A stretch of DNA of 64,000 nucleotides, taken from positions 62,001 through 126,000 of the forward strand of contig NW_026852746.1 in NCBI RefSeq assembly GCF_026571515.1, given 5' to 3'. The notes below the pieces were generated by a model, which did not search any database, was not told the origin of the DNA, and was given only the letters and a program-made list of their open reading frames with translations. Origin of the DNA: Ruditapes philippinarum (lineage: Eukaryota). Each line of letters begins with the position of its first letter. The stretch's first letter is position 1. Shown in pieces: positions 14,376 to 28,200 of the stretch. The position numbers and the translations under genes are program-made.

Positions 14376-16106
14376 TTAATGTGAACCTGAGCTATATTCA
14401 CTGGAAGACAATTCAGCGTATCCACTGCTCTCCAGGGATGAAGAACTTGCTGGTCGATCATTCACCTTTGTGTCATGGCACTGACTTGTCAACGTCCTTT
14501 CATTTGCCTCAGAATTAGCTGTCTCACATAATTCTGTCTTCTCTTTCATATTTAATAATTTGCATCCATTACACAATACACGAGTCGTTGGAATGTCATC
14601 GTGAAGACATAAGCCGTCTGTATCACATATATTCTCTTCGATGTCTTTTCTAAGATTTGCATTGCAAATATTACATAAAAATGTGCTAGTTTGAGCAAAT
14701 GATCCGTTCACGTGATCCACTCTTCCTGTTTGGTCATTTTTAAGGGTGTTTAAAAATGGTCGTGAAGAGAGCCTCATATCATCAGCGTTTTGTGGGGAGT
14801 TTCTTTCTTTCACATCATCATCAAAAACGTCATCAAACAAATCAGAATCGATCTCTATTGCGACTTTAGTTTCTCCAATATTCTCTTTTACCTCGACATT
14901 TGTATCAATCGGATATTTTGAAATTTGTGAAAGATTAGCCTTACAACTATGTGTGTCCTTAACTGGTATTGAATCAGAATGTGTTGCAAGCTTATTAAAT
15001 TCGCTTGCACCAACCGTTTTGCTAGTGTCACTGTCAGTTCCGTCTCTTGCTTGGCACTTTTGCGCATCTATCATTAGAGATGGCATGCGTAACTTACGTG
15101 TGTTCCTTCGTTCTATATCACTTTCGCTCATATGCACTTTTGACATGCGTAAGCTAGACCTAAATGATTTGTTAGTTTGAGTACCAACATTAGTCATCAT
15201 CTTTTCCGTTACAGCTTTGACAGGTGAACTCTTCGTTGAAGAAACGTCGGATTGGTCCGTTGTTGATTTTCTTACAGAGCAGCGAACGTTATTTGGTTGT
15301 TTTGTCATTCCAACAAAATCACTTAATTCAAAGTCTGATAATTCTGATGCTTCACTAAATGACACGCTCAATTTAGCATTGCGTTTCACGGAACTGACTA
15401 TAGGATTGTAGGCAAACTCCTTTCTATCATTAGACAATGAAGATTTCGACAATCGTTTATCATACATAACAGCTTGGTCGCCAACACTTCTAATTGGTGG
15501 AGGTAATTTGTTTTTGTTCCCTTTTAGCGAGTTTCTATAGGATTCCATTATGTCCTCTTTATCAGTTTTATCACTTTTTGTCAGAAGAGAAGTGTTGGAT
15601 GAAATGGTGTCAATATTCACATGACCCTCGTCATCATCTGTAAGAATCACTGCGTAGTATTTAACATCTTTATCATCTCCCTTTGTGTATTTCCGAAACC
15701 ACTTGCAGCATTTGAAACAAATTATAACAACTAAAATAAACACAGCAGCGGCTGGTATTAAAGCTATATTGAAACCAGACTCAGCGTTATTAGTATCGTT
15801 TTCTTCGTCATCTGTACTGTTTTCAAACTTTGAAGTTGTTACGTCCGTTTGACTTCTAATTTTGGCAGATTTATCATCAATATATGAAGGGGAAGTCTCT
15901 GTAAAATTCATATTTTCAATATCAAAACTATTTGATTTAGTGTTCAGCATGTCTTTTGTTGTTTCATTTAACTTTACTGTAGACATAGTTTTGTTTTCAA
16001 CGTTTGGTGCATCAGTTGTGTTCACCGAATTGGATGCAGCATGACCCGTTTTCAAACACCACAGAAATATACAGGCGTAAAAGCAGTTAACAAATAATTG
16101 CATCAT
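14376..16106 (-). CDS. Intronless 576-aa type-I single-pass membrane protein of unknown function
   Basis: Open frame of 1.7 kb in DNA where chance ORFs are short. The first ATG (16106) begins a signal-peptide-like segment MMQLFVNCFYACIFLWCLKTGHA. It is followed by an S/T/N-rich ectodomain with N-glycosylation sequons (NTT, NKT, NET, NFT, NST), a TM segment FNIALIPAAAVFILVVIICF, a juxtamembrane KCCKWFRK, and a long low-complexity tail with CxxC-x30-CxxC. The GTG start in the ORF track (16169) is unlikely in a eukaryote. Confidence 0.8.
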   Translation of the reverse strand: MMQLFVNCFYACIFLWCLKTGHAASNSVNTTDAPNVENKTMSTVKLNETTKDMLNTKSNSFDIENMNFTETSPSYIDDKSAKIRSQTDVTTSKFENSTDDEENDTNNAESGFNIALIPAAAVFILVVIICFKCCKWFRKYTKGDDKDVKYYAVILTDDDEGHVNIDTISSNTSLLTKSDKTDKEDIMESYRNSLKGNKNKLPPPIRSVGDQAVMYDKRLSKSSLSNDRKEFAYNPIVSSVKRNAKLSVSFSEASELSDFELSDFVGMTKQPNNVRCSVRKSTTDQSDVSSTKSSPVKAVTEKMMTNVGTQTNKSFRSSLRMSKVHMSESDIERRNTRKLRMPSLMIDAQKCQARDGTDSDTSKTVGASEFNKLATHSDSIPVKDTHSCKANLSQISKYPIDTNVEVKENIGETKVAIEIDSDLFDDVFDDDVKERNSPQNADDMRLSSRPFLNTLKNDQTGRVDHVNGSFAQTSTFLCNICNANLRKDIEENICDTDGLCLHDDIPTTRVLCNGCKLLNMKEKTELCETANSEANERTLTSQCHDTKVNDRPASSSSLESSGYAELSSSEYSSGSH

Positions 16107-17383
16107 CAAAAGGCTTTGGTCGTGTGAAATCTCAACACAAGCCCGTATATTCCTTGAACCTTTCGGCACGTATTCGTGTTTAAAATATTTTTCACTTCAT
16201 TTCAATCTTTTATTGTTGGAAATCATGCATGAGCGAGCCAACAAATGTCATGGTGAATTAAACCACTAGGTTTTTAACTACTCTGTTTATGTGAACTTTG
16301 TCTAGTCAAGCCTGGTCTAATCTAGTCTCCTATATACTTGCAAACACTATCATTGTACTTTTATACGATACAAACATCCCCATACATCCAATTTTATATT
16401 TAAAAATGTTTTTCATATGTTATGAATATCATTATTTCCACAATTTCCCCACATGTATTAATTAGTCACAGATGACCCGGTTTAGTTCACATATTTGTTT
16501 GCTCCGCTTTCTATTTGTTTTGTCACAAACCTTCGATACTATGTAATAAATCCCTTTCCAAACTAAATATTTCTATAAATGTTTCATATTAATAATCAAT
16601 CTATCATATCGTTTTACCACACTAGTTTAAAGATATATATTTACACATCTATACGTCATGAATAACCGGACCGGTTTAATTTTAACGTATTTTTCTCTTC
16701 ACGCTGTGAATTATATGCTGTTTTCATAACCTCTTCAAACTCGTCAAACAAATCCGTTTACAAATCACAGATCGTTTTTAAGATGTTACATTTCTCCTCA
16801 AACTTTACGTCTTTTATGAGGCATGTAAACGAGGTAAATCAGAAATACTGGTATCCTGTGACCCGTAAACTCGTTACACTTTTGCACACAGGCTTTTTTA
16901 TTCACCAACTCATTGTGGCTTAGTGAGTCTATCTGTTACTTTTTGTTGTTGATGCGTGTATAAAGATGATATAGAATGTGTCAATACATTGCTAATGTCA
17001 CGTGGTCTTCATTTTAATATTGCAGCATGGTGCAGGTGTATTTTGTCAATGTAACATCCCTTCTCTAAAGTACCTGAAATAAAATATTAAATAGATATTT
17101 ATCATGTCGAAAGGTTTAAAATGATAAATTTAACATCGAACAATTATAACAGAAAAATCTAATTTTTATTTTGAGAATATTGTTAAATTAATTGTTTAAA
17201 ATGTAACAATATAACCATGAACAAAGACAAGTAGAAAGACAAAGGTTTTACAGGAGTGACAGATGCTGAATTCGTTCTCATTATAAATTATTGAAAATCA
17301 ATAAATTCCTTTTTTTTAACTTCATCCGTGCAAAATAATGTTTATGCCCGTTATTTTAATCATAGTCAAAAGTGAAAGCTTAA

Positions 17384-17722
17384 AGGGACACCACTGAGGT
17401 TTAAAATCCTAAAAAACATAACATTTGAATTTCCTACATACATGAGTTGGGGCACTTTAAAGAGAAATATATGCAAAGATAGTTAAAAAAAAATATACAT
17501 TGTACATTGAAATAAATTGAAAATCATATTTTTATGCTTTTCTTAGCCCTTTTTGAGTGAAAGCTTTTAAACGCTTTTTTTTGGTCATTTTTTGCGATTT
17601 GAATAACTATTAGGTGCGCGAATGATCTGAAATTTTGCACAAAGATTAATGGTCTAAACCTACATCAAATGGTAATTTATCTGTTCAGTCCCATCATGTC
17701 AAAAAACCTCAGTGGAATCCCT
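17384..17722. mobile_element. Kolobok-like MITE (TTAA TSD, AGG termini)
   Basis: ttaa|agggacaccactgaggttt ... aaacctcagtggaatccct|ttaa; 17 of 19 TIR bases match. Confidence 0.8.
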
Positions 17723-18050
17723 TTAACCGTTACACATGTAAAATTTTTAATTTCTTTTTTTCTGTATGATCTTACAGGGACAATAAAGATATATTATTGA
17801 CAGCAGATGTTACATTCGTTTGTTTACAGTTTATCAGCAAACAAAAACCTCTAATTGGTAACAACCTGTTGTTAAATATATCACGATATAAAATATTAAA
17901 CTATTTCTCTTTCTTATATTCTTTTAAATGAAATATTGAGAATTACTGATGAAATATAATGCGTATTTTCATTTTCAGTATTTCCATTGTAAATATTTTG
18001 ATTTTTCACTGCAGTGAAGCATATTTTCCGTTTTTTTAAACTTGTGTCTA

Positions 18051-18861
18051 CTGGCATGCGAGCAGTTCCCGTACAAAAATCATAGTTACTTAAACATTAT
18101 TTTTTATTACGCTCACTTACCAAAATTTGAATGTTACACATCAATATTCAGCTCGTCACACAAATCATGGAAATTCCATTATGTTCTAAACATAGAACAA
18201 CCCTTAGTTATGAGGCCTCATATGGGGTACCGAAATTATCCATTATTTTGTATGAAGAGAAGTAGTTCCCGTACATTAAATCTAACCCATTATAATTATA
18301 CAATTTTATTATATCGGACCTATTTTTCATTTACAATTGTTGAACATACCATTATCTAAGAGATAAATAGATGTAATTCAGCAAATAGAGCGTAGACTAA
18401 ACGCGGGTATCAATTACCCGGTACCGTTACCCCAACGCATTCACATGCAATAGCATGCTTGTATGCATGATTTTTTACGCATCAAAGCCATAAAATTATT
18501 ATATATAGTAATATTGGTCAACATTCTGATAATTAAACAAGTTTACATCACATTGCCTACTTATTTGTAAACAGGTGGTATTAGTGGAAAACCCTTTAAC
18601 AAGCCTCACGTGTAAGTATTTTTGCGCATGCGCTTAAGGACGGAATCCCCCAGAGAAAACAAGGTCACGTTTTGACGGCGCACAGGTAAAAGTGATTTAA
18701 TATGAGACTTTATATACGTACTGCCGAACTGACACTTAGATTTTGTCTCGTTTATGTATCTGCTTGATTTGAAATGAATTTTTGAAGAATGCAAGTAAAA
18801 ATCAAGCGTTTAAATGAAAAATTCGGGTACTGCTTCTGTACGGGAACTGCTCGCATGCCAG
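18051..18861. mobile_element. ~810-bp non-autonomous TIR DNA transposon, TA-flanked (Tc1/mariner-type target)
   Basis: Perfect 25-bp TIR ctggcatgcgagcagttcccgtaca at both ends, TA on each side, no transposase ORF. Confidence 0.85.
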
Positions 18862-20330
18862 TAACCGGAAAACTTTTTTTTAAGTTCAGCAAATACACAC
18901 AATTTTAGGAGGAAGTCTATCATAATGTAATGTCAAAAAGAGAAAATGTATAAAATAAACAGAAAATCAAGATTTTTCTATAGATACGGGAATTTTTTTT
19001 CATATTGTGGTATGAAAGAATCATGAAATATGCATTTTTATGCCACTCGGTGAAAAAAAATGTGTCTTTATAGAAAAAAAGCTTAAGTAGCCTCAATATA
19101 TTGCGTAATTGAAACTATACAACAAAGTAGGCTAAATAACTTAGTGAAAACGTGACAGAATGAAGTTATTGTATTTATGAAATATATAACACTTGAGAAG
19201 TATCCATGTACTATACAATTTAACTTCCGTTTTAAAAGTTTAAACTTGTGATCCGAAACACGTTTATCTAATGACCTTTGATTGAATATTTTAATATGCC
19301 TGAGATAATAATCATTCTTTCAATGCTGTAAACATGATACCATACTATTTAAAGTGTATTATTTTTTGTCCAAGAAGTTAGACGCTTCTTTTATAATTTT
19401 GAGTTAGCATTATTCGCCAGTTACAGCTACATTCTTTTAGTTAAAATACTTTCTTTTTAATATTCTTATTATCAAAATCATATAAATAGTTTAAGGCTTA
19501 ATACACTGTTCATGTTAAGTACGAAATATGACATCATTCATTATTTTTGTCTCCATATTTCGACCTCGTACAGGCTATTCCTGTATGTTTTAACGTGTAT
19601 TTTATAAATTTTAATGACGATAAGTTCATAGGGACTAGATTATGTCACTTAGTTTGAACACTTGACAGCGAATTTACAAAAAAATGGAACAATTTATTTT
19701 ATAAATAACCATGCAAATGCATACAAATCTGTAGGCGTACCACCTTCAGTACGGAAGACCGGTGGAGACATTTCAACTTCTCGAATTATTGGGTTCATCT
19801 TCACCAACTTCGTGAATTCACGTTTTCAACATACGGAATTCAGAAGTTGAAATGTCCCAACAGGTCTTCCATACTTCAGACATATATTTTTGTCTCCGTC
19901 CTAACCCACTTCACTCCAGTTAACCTATACAACATACAGCCTAATAATATTACAGTAAACAGGTCAAAGTTTCTTCTTTTTTTGAAAATCAAAGACAAAC
20001 TATTTTCTATTTGTTCTTCACACTGGCTTTAAAAACATTCATGTACGTTAAGTACAAATACAGCGGAGATCTTTTTCCTACAACATAGATCTTTTATTTT
20101 TACAAAAATTTGAATTTTAAGTTACAAACCAATAGACGATGACTGAAATTAACATACCATTTTATATTCCTCCAATTAATCCTTTTTATAACACATTCGA
20201 CAAGATAGTTTAATTTTTCTTTTGCTATTCATAAATACACTTCCTTCCTCTACTTAACATTCACTTAATGGATTCATGTGTACGTATATACGTATGCATA
20301 TTTAGTAATATGTACAATTTGAATATTAGT

Positions 20331-20487
20331 NNNNNNNNNNNNNNNNNNNNNNNNNNNNNNNNNNNNNNNNNNNNNNNNNNNNNNNNNNNNNNNNNNNNNN
20401 NNNNNNNNNNNNNNNNNNNNNNNNNNNNNNNNNNNNNNNNNNNNNNNNNNNNNNNNNNNNNNNNNNNNNNNNNNNNNNNNNNNNNNN
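20331..20487. other. Assembly gap (N); further gaps at 23244-23505, 37497-37632, 55776-55925
   Basis: Runs of N. Confidence 1.
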
Positions 20488-20940
20488 TTCTTAGTATTTT
20501 ACTTGTAAATCGTGTAGTCCGAAAAAAATACATTTATTATCAAAGCTGCATCAGTAGTGGGTTTTAAATTTCATAGGAATTGAAAAAAAATAAAACAAAC
20601 GTTACAAAGAAAATGTAGACAAATTTTACCAAATATTATAAAGCATTTATAAGTGTAAATACTCGATTCATCAAATAGGAATATCAGCATGGGTTATCAA
20701 ATTGGTATTAAATTACACCTCGTCGGAACAGAAAAATATGCATTATCAATAATAAAAAAAACAACACACACACTAATTCTCAGTTCAAAATATTTTTTAT
20801 TAAATACGGTTAACCGTATTTAAATAATAAAGAATTGTTCCATGAAATATTTTATATACCATTTAATCATTTAGTTGTGTAATAAAGTCCTGATTCTGTG
20901 AGATTGATGTCATTATCAAATTAAATAGTTGAAAGAGACT

Positions 20941-21142
20941 ATTCATTCTTTCGTTCATTTGTTCATTGGTTCATTCATTCATTCATTCATTCATTCATTC
21001 ATCCATTCATCCATCCATTCATAAATTATTGCATTCGTTTGTTCGTTTATTTATTCATTCATTCATTCGTTCGGTCTTCGTTGGTTCATTCATTCATTCA
21101 TTCATTCATTCATTCATTCATTCATTCATTCATTCATTCATT
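20941..21142. repeat. (ATTC)n/(ATCC)n tetranucleotide microsatellite
   Basis: Direct reading; it gives the spurious HSFI-repeat ORF. Confidence 0.95.
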
Positions 21143-24128
21143 TATCCGTTCGTTATTATAACCGGCGACAGCCGAACAGCTGAATTATACAAAACAGAAA
21201 TAATAATTTATACAGATTATAGATGCACATGACAATAATCAGTCGGGTGCTGTTTGAATTCACAAAGAAATGCATGTCTGATTATTAAAATTCAGCAGAA
21301 TGAACTATGCCAAATACTCTAAACAATTAAAATTAAATCTCAATAACGTTACATTTTTACATACTCTGAAATGAGGAAAAATGTACATATTGTTATATTG
21401 TAAAATATAGCAAATATACCGTAAAAGATTTGCATATTTCGTAACAAAGTAAGTAGAAATATTCAAACAATAGCATTACTTCTTTAAAATTAAATTTGAA
21501 TGTTCATACAGTCCAACTTCTACATAGTGACCCTCTAAAGAACAATAATCTATTTACAAAAACAGTATCAATTCTTCCTAAAGAAAGTCTTCATATTGAA
21601 TTATACGCCTCCTTCTGGCCTCGAGGTTATATAACTTTTTTTCTTAGTTTTGTCTCGAATCTCAGGATTTTCATTGATCAGTGTACATTTTGTGACAGTT
21701 TCTGATCAATCAAATACCTAGGATCTGAGTTTGAGCTTGTAGAATTTATATATAATCACGGGGCTAGGTAACACATCTCAGTGCTCAGCAATTGTTTCCT
21801 GAAGGGCCCTCTCTGCAGCTTTTGAACGGTAAACATCATCATCATCTTGACATGGTAAAACAATTAATATCTGTTAATATTTCAGACATGGAAAAGAGAC
21901 TGTAAATACGCCATATTATGTTTTAAAATTATTAATACCTGCATTACACGAATGATTGTATATCGATGTACCGTAACACAAACAAAAAAAATACTATTAT
22001 GTAGAAGTTAAGCAAGCTTGAATGCAAGAAGAAACGCATTGTTTACAATGTTTTTTTTTAAATATATATTTGGGGAAAAAGGAATGTATTGGCAATTTAG
22101 AATACAATGTGTCAATAGCTTAAGGAATCTGCACATGAACGGTTTTTAAAATATATAGATGTGAATATACATATCATAAAATATTAAAAGATATTACATG
22201 TAATAAACAGATAGGTGAAAAGGATTTTGGTTATATGTAATTTGTAAAATAACCTCTCACAGATTGTTCTAAATATATATTTTGTTCTATTCGGTGCAGT
22301 TCTGTTTTCTTCGGATAGAAAATTACACATAACAGTTGAATGTTTATTATAAATATTTAAATACACCACAAATATGTTAATACAACGAAGATTACAATTA
22401 CCTGAGCTAAATATTGTGTATTTTCGTATGCTTGTAATCCGATATGTATGCATTTTGTATTGAAATAGTTTATTTATCCATATACACAGAAAAAATGTTT
22501 AAACTCAACACATTGAATATAATGTAAACACTACAATTCCTCTTCCACAGCGTTTAAGATATATATTTGTGTAGTATATACATGTTTATATACAGATATT
22601 ACGGTTAAGTCAAAAACTACAAAATATATGTACATTACTTAATATAATATTTCCATAGTCTATTTTCAAGTCTAACAGCTTACCGTTTTATCAAATTTGC
22701 ATTTCCATAGATTATTAATTCCTGTATAAATTGCACATCGCCATAGTTTAAGTCCGATATCGTATAAACACTTTATAATTCAAAATCAGCCACAATTCAT
22801 TGCGATATACAATGCAATCTTTGAATCAAATTATAAATAAAATGAACACAAAACAACCTGTTAACATTATATTCACACAGCTGGCGTATATGTATTACAA
22901 CTTCATTCATAAACTAGTCATTAATATATTCAGTATATCTCAAACCGTATTGGGACAGGAAGGGAATAAAATACTATATTTTAATAACGTGTTAATGCGG
23001 GTAAAATATCGCATATCTTCGTAAAATTTAAATATTGATTAAAGAACGACAAAAAATGTTTAAACATAAACTTGTCATCTTTTACAGATAAACGTTGTGT
23101 GGTCCTATAATTAAAGGTTTGAATATTGGTTAAAACAAATAATCTTGAATATTATCTGAGCGTTAATTTGTTTTATTTGTAATTTGTGCATTGATGGTAA
23201 ATTAATGTTTAAAGAAAGGGTCGGATTTACTACAAGCACTTATNNNNNNNNNNNNNNNNNNNNNNNNNNNNNNNNNNNNNNNNNNNNNNNNNNNNNNNNN
23301 NNNNNNNNNNNNNNNNNNNNNNNNNNNNNNNNNNNNNNNNNNNNNNNNNNNNNNNNNNNNNNNNNNNNNNNNNNNNNNNNNNNNNNNNNNNNNNNNNNNN
23401 NNNNNNNNNNNNNNNNNNNNNNNNNNNNNNNNNNNNNNNNNNNNNNNNNNNNNNNNNNNNNNNNNNNNNNNNNNNNNNNNNNNNNNNNNNNNNNNNNNNN
23501 NNNNNAGTGGAACAACCTATCTTCCGTTAGCTAACTGGATAGCCTCTTCGCGTAAAAAAATATCTAAGCTCCATGCAGGATTCATACCTACAGCAGTGAG
23601 GGGGAGGGGGGCGGTTACTATAATTAGAAGTCAGAGACATTAATCACATGTACATCTAAGTTTCCTCACTTTTATATTATATCAAAGCTACAAAGTGAGA
23701 CAACCGATGAAATTCATGCTATGCTAGTATTGTAAACTCCAGTTGTCTATGTGTGATACACCCCTCGTTACTGTATGTGTATATAATATACTATATGTTT
23801 ACTTTATATCATACAGTCTTCTGTCCTTGCCAAGAACTTTCATTCATGGAATATGTCAGATATTATAGCTTCTTGTTTAATGAGATAGCAAGATATATAA
23901 TGTATAGGTGTAGACAAGACATGTTGTAAATAATGAAGGAATGTTAACCGCAATAGTGTAATGTTTTGTGAGAGAATGCCATGTTGTCTGTCTTGAGTTA
24001 TTTCCCCTTTCCTTGTGATTGTTATATAAGAAATAAACGCGCAGTAAATATTTATTAAGATATTAAGATTTTTTTCTTCTCGTGTTAGTCTTGGTCTTTC
24101 CGTTGTTTAAGAATAAACTGTTACTTAA

Positions 24129-24457
24129 AGGACCATTGAGCCTCAGAAATGAAAATTTTTGACAAACGTGAGTTTAATGAAGTTGAAATAATGGTGTTAG
24201 GGCATTTTAGATGCTTACAAACTAAAGAAAGTAGCACTTGATGGTAATACATTATTTGTTATAAAGGTAGCAAAATTTAAACAAAGCAGTAGATTGACTT
24301 TTATTCAAAATACTAAATCTCTATATTTTTACAAATTGTCGAAATGCATGCAGCAGAAGCAAAAACATTAGGTTATTAGCATATGAGTAACTTTATTGGC
24401 ACAAATAAAAAGCTTAAAGAAATGAAAATATAATTATTTCCGGGGTATAATGGGCCT
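24129..24457 (-). mobile_element. Kolobok-like MITE, reverse orientation relative to 54403-54782
   Basis: ttaa|aggaccattgagcctcagaaa ... ggggtataatgggcct. Confidence 0.6.
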
Positions 24458-25270
24458 TAAAAGGGGCATAGCCTCAACGTTTCCTGAGTCGTAACGAAAA
24501 TGTTATCGGAATAAAATTACCCTTTCTCTTAGTAGAATGAATCTCAAACCCCGCATACCCTTGACATTTTTGTCGGAAAATTCTACGATATCACCATTTT
24601 AACAGCACCAGCACATTTGGCGCGCACTATGATGTATTTCGATTGATTTACTATCGATCGCATTTTTTTCCCGCTTGATGTTGACTTTTATTCAAATATA
24701 GTAAGATGGTTACAGATTTGAAGTAAATGACCGGCAATATCTTTATTTCAAAGTTATATTTCAAAGTCTCGTTTTTCGGTTACGCTATAACAATTGATAA
24801 AATAATAAATACAACGTAACTTATAGACGAGTTGATAGCAACCGGAAGAAGAGAAATATATGAAAACATTTCAATCAGAATTCTTTAGCAGAATTTATGC
24901 CGTATTTCACATGAGCTATTACAATTCTTGCATTGTCGTGTAAACTATTTCTAACATACTTTACAATTTCTTCGATTTCTTCGTCTATATGTTCTACATA
25001 AACTCATATTAGCACATTCGGCGCGTTGTCCAAGGTTCGGTCTACTTGTTAACACATTTTATTTCTCAAAGAAACGTCCATCAATACCATGGCAACGGTT
25101 GTGTTTTATGAAAATGAATGCAAAAAAAAACCGTCTTGTGTTTCTAACTTCTTAAATTATTTAATTTTCGTTTATAACGAGCGTTTTTTCTTCTTGTGTT
25201 AAGAGAGTTTTTCTGGGACGTGTTTCGTGCCATTTCTACGAAAAGTCATATAAAAAACCAAGGACAGATA

Positions 25271-28200
25271 ATGACAGATTTGAAGTAAGTTATATAATAT
25301 TTCTGATTATTTGATAGGAAACATTTTCTGATTTACTGCTGTATTATTACTTTCTTCTTTTCCTTATTTTGTTGTTTTAAAAGGTATTTTATATTTATTG
25401 TGCAACAATAATCTGAATAATAAATTACGTTATGCAATGTTCAAGATATGCCATGGACAATATGAAATATATTGTTCCGATAAGACACTAGGGCTTGAAA
25501 TGGTTATGTCTTAAATGGTTATGTCATTTATGTTTAAGTAACGGTGTCCTGTTAGGGCAATCGCAACACTCACACACATCACTCGAAACAACGAAAAAAA
25601 AAATTACGATGGAGAAAGTCGAATACGAATACCAAATACGAATACGAAACTATATCGTGTTTCCACCATTGTGGTTTCGTTATTTTAACTTTTTACCATC
25701 GTACTTTCGACTTTTCATAATCGTACCTTCGCCTTTTCACCATCTTCATTTCGTGTTTTCATTGTTTCGAATTATGTGTGTGTCTTGATGGCCCTAACGA
25801 GACACCATAGTGGACAGACTAAAACGTTCCGGAATAAGATATTATTCTGCTATTTCAAATAGGTTTTTAATGTTTTACCAGTTTTTTCGTACATGCGTCA
25901 TTCGCTTAAAAGAAATTTATACAAACATATTTCTTTCTATACAAACATTTTACAACCATTTTGTTTCAGAAATGAAACTATCATTTTGTAAGCGTCCGGC
26001 AGCAGCTTTATACACTCTAATCTTGCATTAAAAGTTGCAGAAATAATGATTCTTTAAAAATTCATGGTTCAACTTTTTTGCCACCCTTATTTTAATATGC
26101 CAACAAAGCATCTTAAGTGTGGTGTTGGTATTATGGCAGTAAGCCACATTGAATTTACCAGAGCACATTTCAGCAACCGCATCGTTTCAAGCAGTTTACA
26201 AAAAACTAGTAGCTTCACTTTCGCTAGGAACTGACAACTGAACATGCCAGAGCCGATGATCAGCTTGAAAAATACTAAAGAGCGAATACAAAAGCAAACT
26301 TTTATATAATTCAGAGATAGAATAAAAAGAATCACATGTCTTCGTATTTGATGATATATATGTTTTGAGCTTAGCTTCTCTTCAGTTCTAAATGAGTTAA
26401 TTGATGTTATATTATGACGAGTTTTTGTTTACAGAGTAGAGAATTTAAGAAAAGGGGCGGAGCCGGTAAATAACGCAGCAATTATTGATATGATTCAAAC
26501 CAACATATTTGAAGATATTGGATGTGGTATGTACCAGCCACTTTATATATGCTGACACTAATGGCCATTTAATATATACTGGTGGCTTAGAGTCGGACCT
26601 GACAACTACACTATTTTAAGAGCCGAACACACTACACTTACACAATTGAAAAAACGAACTGACTTGATTGATCGTGTGTGAAAATTTTAAGGATTGTGTA
26701 GGCAACGACTTTAAGCATCAAATTGATGATCAATAAGATAGTGAAACAGTATCAAAAGACCACGCTGCGCGAAATAAACATTAACGTACTATATGCGTTT
26801 ATTGTACAAATAGATATCAATGAAACACACAAAAAATCGTTTTCCTTATGGATGATATGGCGTCATTCTCACGAATTATCTTGAAAGGCAGATATTTTCT
26901 TATTTATGTCTTAGCAACCGTATGCGCTAATTCATTTCTTTAAGATTGATTTTCTTGAAGATAGTATATTTACTTACCGTTTTGTTAGTTACAACCATAT
27001 ATTGAACATATTAGGCGTTAATTAATATTGCAGAATTAGTACGTTACGGATATATACACGGTGACTATTTTGCGAATAGTAATGGGTTGGGATTCAAGAA
27101 CCTTGTGTGCCGTAATTATCTCGATCTATACCGAAATCTGCACCACACTCACGTTATATTATATACTGTAAATGTTATTCATAAATGAATTCAAAATAGT
27201 ATTAATAAGTAACTTTACATTTTGATACGTTTACAAAAATAAATGTTTATAAGTTTTATTTAATCACGGTTACTTACAAATAGCTGCTCCTGACTCCATT
27301 TAATACAATGCTATCATTTAATTAAATAAATTATAAATAATGTCTAACTGCCAAGTACGGTTATATACACATTACACACTTTTGAATTAATATACATATA
27401 TTCTTTTCATTAACTGAATTATAAAAAAAATCATATATAACTTCTACATATCCAGTAATTTACAATTTTAAGCATTTTTCTTATCATTAACTGAATTATA
27501 AGTAGACTGTAAATGTCACATACATTACATTTATATGAATGTCATTTTATAAGGCTTTTTATATAATAAGGAAATTATAAATAAATTAAAAATAACTTGA
27601 TGATGTAATGTACTATATGATTATAATTGTGTTTTTATTTGCATTTTATCATTCGACATGTATAATAAGTAACTTTTAAATGTATTGTACGTTTCATACC
27701 GATAGATGTACATTTACAAGCCTTTTCTTATTATTAACTGTATTATATGTAACTTCTAAATATCATCTACATAACATACGTATAAATGTATATGTAATAA
27801 CCTTTTTCATATCATTAATTATTAAATACGAATAGTAAATAACTTCTTAATGGCATATACGTTACAGTTATGAATGTTTATATATTAGTCTTTTCCTATC
27901 ATTAACAAGTACATGTAATTCTAAGTGCCACGTACGTTACATTCAAATAGATGCACGTTTATAAGCCTTTATTTTCCTTATCATTTATTCACGTAGGTTA
28001 CGTGCTAAAAGATGTACATATTTTTATAAATATGTTCATTTATTGGCTATATGTAATAAGTAACTTTCAAATGTTACGTACGTTCCACACTTAGGCTTAC
28101 ATGTACATTGTTTAAGCTTTTCTTATCGTTAACTACATCATATGTAACTTCAAAATGTACGTTGCAAACTAATATTAGTATAGCCTTATAATTCACTGTA

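Larger units (their letters stand above)
10370..16636. repeat. Segmental/tandem duplication, copy B
   Basis: Same-orientation paralog of 1-5365 with copy-specific insertions (12277-12696, ~13440-13755) and an inverted ~110-bp segment (11636-11739). Confidence 0.92.

Noticed and set aside
16107-16169. GTG-initiated N-terminal extension of the 597-aa ORF
   Set aside because: The locus is eukaryotic, and the ATG at 16106 directly precedes a signal-peptide-like segment in both copies.
20261-20567. ORFs spanning N runs (also 23184, 37407, 55749 and others)
   Set aside because: Artefacts of assembly gaps.
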